64,000 nt of DNA from a virus. Location: positions 1 through 64,000 of the IMG/VR virus record IMGVR_UViG_3300013093_000001. One strand, given 5' to 3'. The notes beneath the pieces are model-generated. The model ran no database searches and was not told where the DNA came from. It saw only the letters and a list, made by a program, of their open reading frames with translations. Made by a program: the position numbers and the translations under genes. Positions 61,801 to 64,000 of the stretch are shown here, piece after piece. Each line of letters starts with the position of its first letter. The stretch's first letter is position 1.

Positions 61801-62667
61801 GCGTCTTCGTCAACGTAGCGCACAACTAATCTCCTCACAGGCAACGGACTCAACTCAGCCAGCAACGGCTCCCACAAGCATTGATCGGCAGTGAACGTCA
61901 CTTCGTTCTTCGGCCAGCCAAACGTGTCCCTCGGTCCTTCTGACACCCAAGACCAACCTAGCCCTACGGCCATAGTCCGTATGTTTGCTCGGTTTTTCTC
62001 TGCAATCTCGTACTCGTACTGCACAGTTTTTTCCTCCTCCTAACTGGTCTGGCTCATGCCAGACTCGTACCCGGTACAGGTTCGACCCTGTACCGGGCGC
62101 TACCGCTAAACCTTCTGCTTACGCGGCTCAAACTCGGTCACAATCGGTTGCGTAGCAGACCCATGATGTGTCCAGTGGTAGTACCCCATCTGGTCAACAC
62201 CAGTGAACTCTAAGGGTGGCGGGAACTCTACTAAAACATAGCCGTAACCCAACCGGGCACCTTGCTGCCGGAAGTTATGTTTGGCTTCCGACACGCTGCT
62301 GCCTCGACCCCAGCGGTTTTGACCCATCACAAGGAATGTGGACATTCTTTCCTCCAATCTGACCCGACCTCTTGCCGGGTTCGCGTCCTAGCCAGGTTCG
62401 ACCCTGACTAGGACTCCTTTATTAGTCTTGGGTACCGTAGCTACCCAACCTGCCACGCAATTCTTTCAGCGTGTCAATCTCCCGCGTCAACTGGTTGGCG
62501 TGTGCTTTGGCGACTTCCAGCGCCGCGTTCCCAACCGCTCGGGTGATGTGCCTGAGCGTGGCATTGATGTGGCTGATGTCAGTGGACTGCCGCAACCACA
62601 TCGCGTCCCGCAAGCAGCCATCCAACTCCAAAACCAAGTCGTTGATGGCGTCTTGTAAGTGCTCCAT
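58898..62667 (-). CDS. Small hypothetical genes (58898..~59143, 59136..59525, 59600..59800, 59797..60003, 60085..60435, 60506..60859, 60859..61020, 61092..61553, 61626..62024, 62106..62345, 62422..62667)
   Basis: Most begin directly after a repeat copy and a GGAGG RBS; several carry CxxC or CxxCxGxG motifs. Confidence 0.65.
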
Positions 62668-62740
62668 TTTCCTCCTTCTAACTGGCTGACTCTTTGTCAG
62701 CCTCGTACCCCGGCCAGTTCTGACACTGGCCGGGGCCACC

Positions 62741-63271
62741 TCACGCCGCAAATGCGTCGTACCACACCTTCCGCTTGTCACCACAGCAAGGGCCATAAAA
62801 CCACCCACGCCTATTAACTCTAAGCCGGTGCGCTGTCACGTTACCGTGACAGTAGAAGCAATGCGGGACCAGCTTACCGTCAGCTATCGTAAACTCTAGC
62901 TGCTGCCTCGGCTTATTGTTCCAGCCAACAAAGAACCTAAAAATTCTCAGGTGACTGGTATGACGCATCAAATGCAATGACCTTGCTAGCCTCGCTAACC
63001 GCAGCAGGGCTAAACCACCACCTGCCACGGGCAGTAACGCTGCCACAATGACACAAGCATCAAACACGTTCCAAAAAGACCGGAAGAAAAGCCTGGTAAA
63101 CGCGACACGAAGAGCCAGTTCACACGCAAAGAACAGCAAAACAGCGTTGTCCAGCCGCTCAAGTAATTCAGCGTTCGTGTCATCTACAAGGCTCCACGCC
63201 ACCAGACCAAGGTTGGTTAGAATTGCGACCATCACTACCCGGTCTAGCGGGGAAGACCTGTTGTGCGACAT
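62741..63271 (-). CDS. Voltage-sensor-domain (Ion_trans S1-S4) protein without pore
   Basis: F..E..LR (S2), FFRS.WNVFD..VI (S3), LRLARLAR.L.L.R (S4); no pore helices follow. Confidence 0.8.
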   Translation of the reverse strand: MSHNRSSPLDRVVMVAILTNLGLVAWSLVDDTNAELLERLDNAVLLFFACELALRVAFTRLFFRSFWNVFDACVIVAALLPVAGGGLALLRLARLARSLHLMRHTSHLRIFRFFVGWNNKPRQQLEFTIADGKLVPHCFYCHGNVTAHRLRVNRRGWFYGPCCGDKRKVWYDAFAA

Positions 63272-63327
63272 TTCTCATAAACCTCCTCCTAACATCCCCG
63301 ACCCTGTGTCGGGGAAATCTGTGTGGG

Positions 63328-63444
63328 GAGGCGGCGGCGCAGGTACTGCGCCCGAGCCATGTAACCGGGCAAGGCAATCCTTGCTTCCATTGCCACCAAA
63401 AATGAATGAAAACGGTGGGATGGTGAGTTTAACGCCGCCGCCTC
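63328..63444 (-). ncRNA. Putative structured RNA, three-way junction, copy 1 of a tandem pair
   Basis: 12-bp closing stem GAGGCGGCGGCG/CGCCGCCGCCUC; junction sequences conserved with copy 2. Confidence 0.65.
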
Positions 63445-63477
63445 AAGCCTCAAAAAGTTTGTGTGGAAAGGTGGTGG

Positions 63478-63598
63478 GGGGGCGGCGGCGCAGGTACTAC
63501 ACGCCCCGTAGTAAAAGGGCGCTTATTGGTAGTCCTTACTTTCCAATTTCCCACCAGCAAGGAACGAGAAATTGGTTGAGCTTAACGCCGCCGCCTCC
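63478..63598 (-). ncRNA. Putative structured RNA, three-way junction, copy 2 of a tandem pair
   Basis: Same architecture as copy 1 with different but pairing P2/P3 sequences. Confidence 0.65.
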
Positions 63599-63601
63599 AG
63601 C

Positions 63602-63844
63602 CTATGCTGACCGCCGTGAAGCGGCCATCGTTCGTACCTTGCTGACCACCCAGCGGGTGAATTTTACAAGATAACGAACTGCTGTGACCAAGAACCACGC
63701 GAGGCAAGCGAAAATCAGCAGTTCAGACAACTTGCGATTCTTTCGCATAACGCTCAGTATCACTTCTCCAGCGATTAGCTGGACCGCGTTACTGCTCAGG
63801 TGCTTCGTCAGTTCTTCAAACTGGTTTGGTCGTTCAAGCAACAC
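63602..63844 (-). CDS. Small hypothetical membrane protein
   Basis: GTG start after GGAGGAAAG and a repeat copy; one hydrophobic segment. Confidence 0.55.
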   Translation of the reverse strand: MLLERPNQFEELTKHLSSNAVQLIAGEVILSVMRKNRKLSELLIFACLAWFLVTAVRYLVKFTRWVVSKVRTMAASRRSA

Positions 63845-64000
63845 CTTTCCTCCTCTCCTAAGCTGGCCTTATGCCAGCTTCGTGTCCAGCACGACTTCGA
63901 CATCGTGCTGGACTTCCTTACTTGCGGTGACCGTGACCGGCGATGTTGTAATGACCGATATCACCACTTGATGTACCGGGTTGGTCGCTGCGGAACACGG

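Larger units (their letters stand above)
54683..63913 (-). repeat. Dispersed two-hairpin intergenic element, 15 copies (54683-54738, 55145-55199, 55812-55866, 56640-56691, 57275-57330, 57819-57870, 59545-59595, 60021-60073, 60452-60501, 61036-61086, 61569-61620, 62047-62097, 62362-62414, 62684-62735, 63861-63913)
   Basis: mRNA-sense consensus: 10-12 bp stem B (loop mostly GUCGAA) - YRCGA - ~7 bp stem A (..GGC-A(N3-4)-GYC..) - often CAGWU - GGAGG - start codon. Confidence 0.92.

Noticed and set aside
59570-62414. tRNA genes or fragments suggested by GGTTCGA on the + strand
   Set aside because: The loop is 6 nt rather than a 7-nt T-loop, there are no D/anticodon arms, and G-U polarity favours the minus strand.
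62422-62808. Extended N-termini in the ORF track for array genes (also 56142..56687, 59797..60075, 60085..60525)
   Set aside because: The extensions translate through the intergenic repeat. The true starts follow the GGAGG RBS.
63328-63598. glnA glutamine riboswitch or twister-sister ribozyme
   Set aside because: It shares GGAAGYAAGG...CCUG with glnA but lacks the GAA E-loop strand and the CGUU/AACG P1. It shares RCUCA and GYAAG with twister-sister but lacks its other conserved stem and loop.
54683-63913. CRISPR array
   Set aside because: The intervening sequences are whole genes of variable length, the repeats conserve structure rather than sequence, and no cas genes are visible.
54683-63913. 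Integron attC cassette array
   Set aside because: No RYYYAAC/GTTRRRY core sites and no integrase in the window. A recombination role is not excluded, but it is not supported as attC.

Overview
The window is an interior segment of a large actinobacteriophage genome. It is siphovirus-like, and the host is very likely Mycobacterium given the LysB, PPE, Rpf and Ku genes. No integrase, capsid/terminase genes or host housekeeping genes are visible. Layout: (1) 1-22.8 kb is the tail operon: head-tail genes, major tail protein, tail assembly chaperones with a GGGGGAA -1 frameshift, a 2100-aa tape measure with cell-wall hydrolase domains, and minor tail proteins. (2) 24-27.6 kb is a 7-deazaguanine DNA-modification operon (ParB-like, DpdA/TGT-like, QueD, QueE, FolE). 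A second, inverted module at 42.8-44.8 kb has another TGT-fold gene and two QueC-family genes. (3) 29-35.5 kb holds a stand-alone Rpf, RecE/RecT-like recombination genes, a replication initiator and a glycosyltransferase. (4) 46-52.9 kb is a lysis cassette followed by a PAS-domain gene and a PPE gene. (5) 52.9-64 kb is a leftward run of small genes including Ku and a voltage-sensor-like protein. The most striking unexplained signal is non-coding. Fifteen copies of a ~50-56 nt two-hairpin element sit between a stop codon and the next ribosome-binding site across 54.7-63.9 kb. They keep their structure through compensatory changes, and most stem mispairs read as G-U on the mRNA strand. The downstream hairpin recurs alone just after at least six predicted promoters, including the leader of an Aca2/YdiL-like HTH gene. 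A tandem pair of ~120-nt three-way-junction RNAs precedes the voltage-sensor gene. All calls come from reading motifs by eye; no database searches were run.
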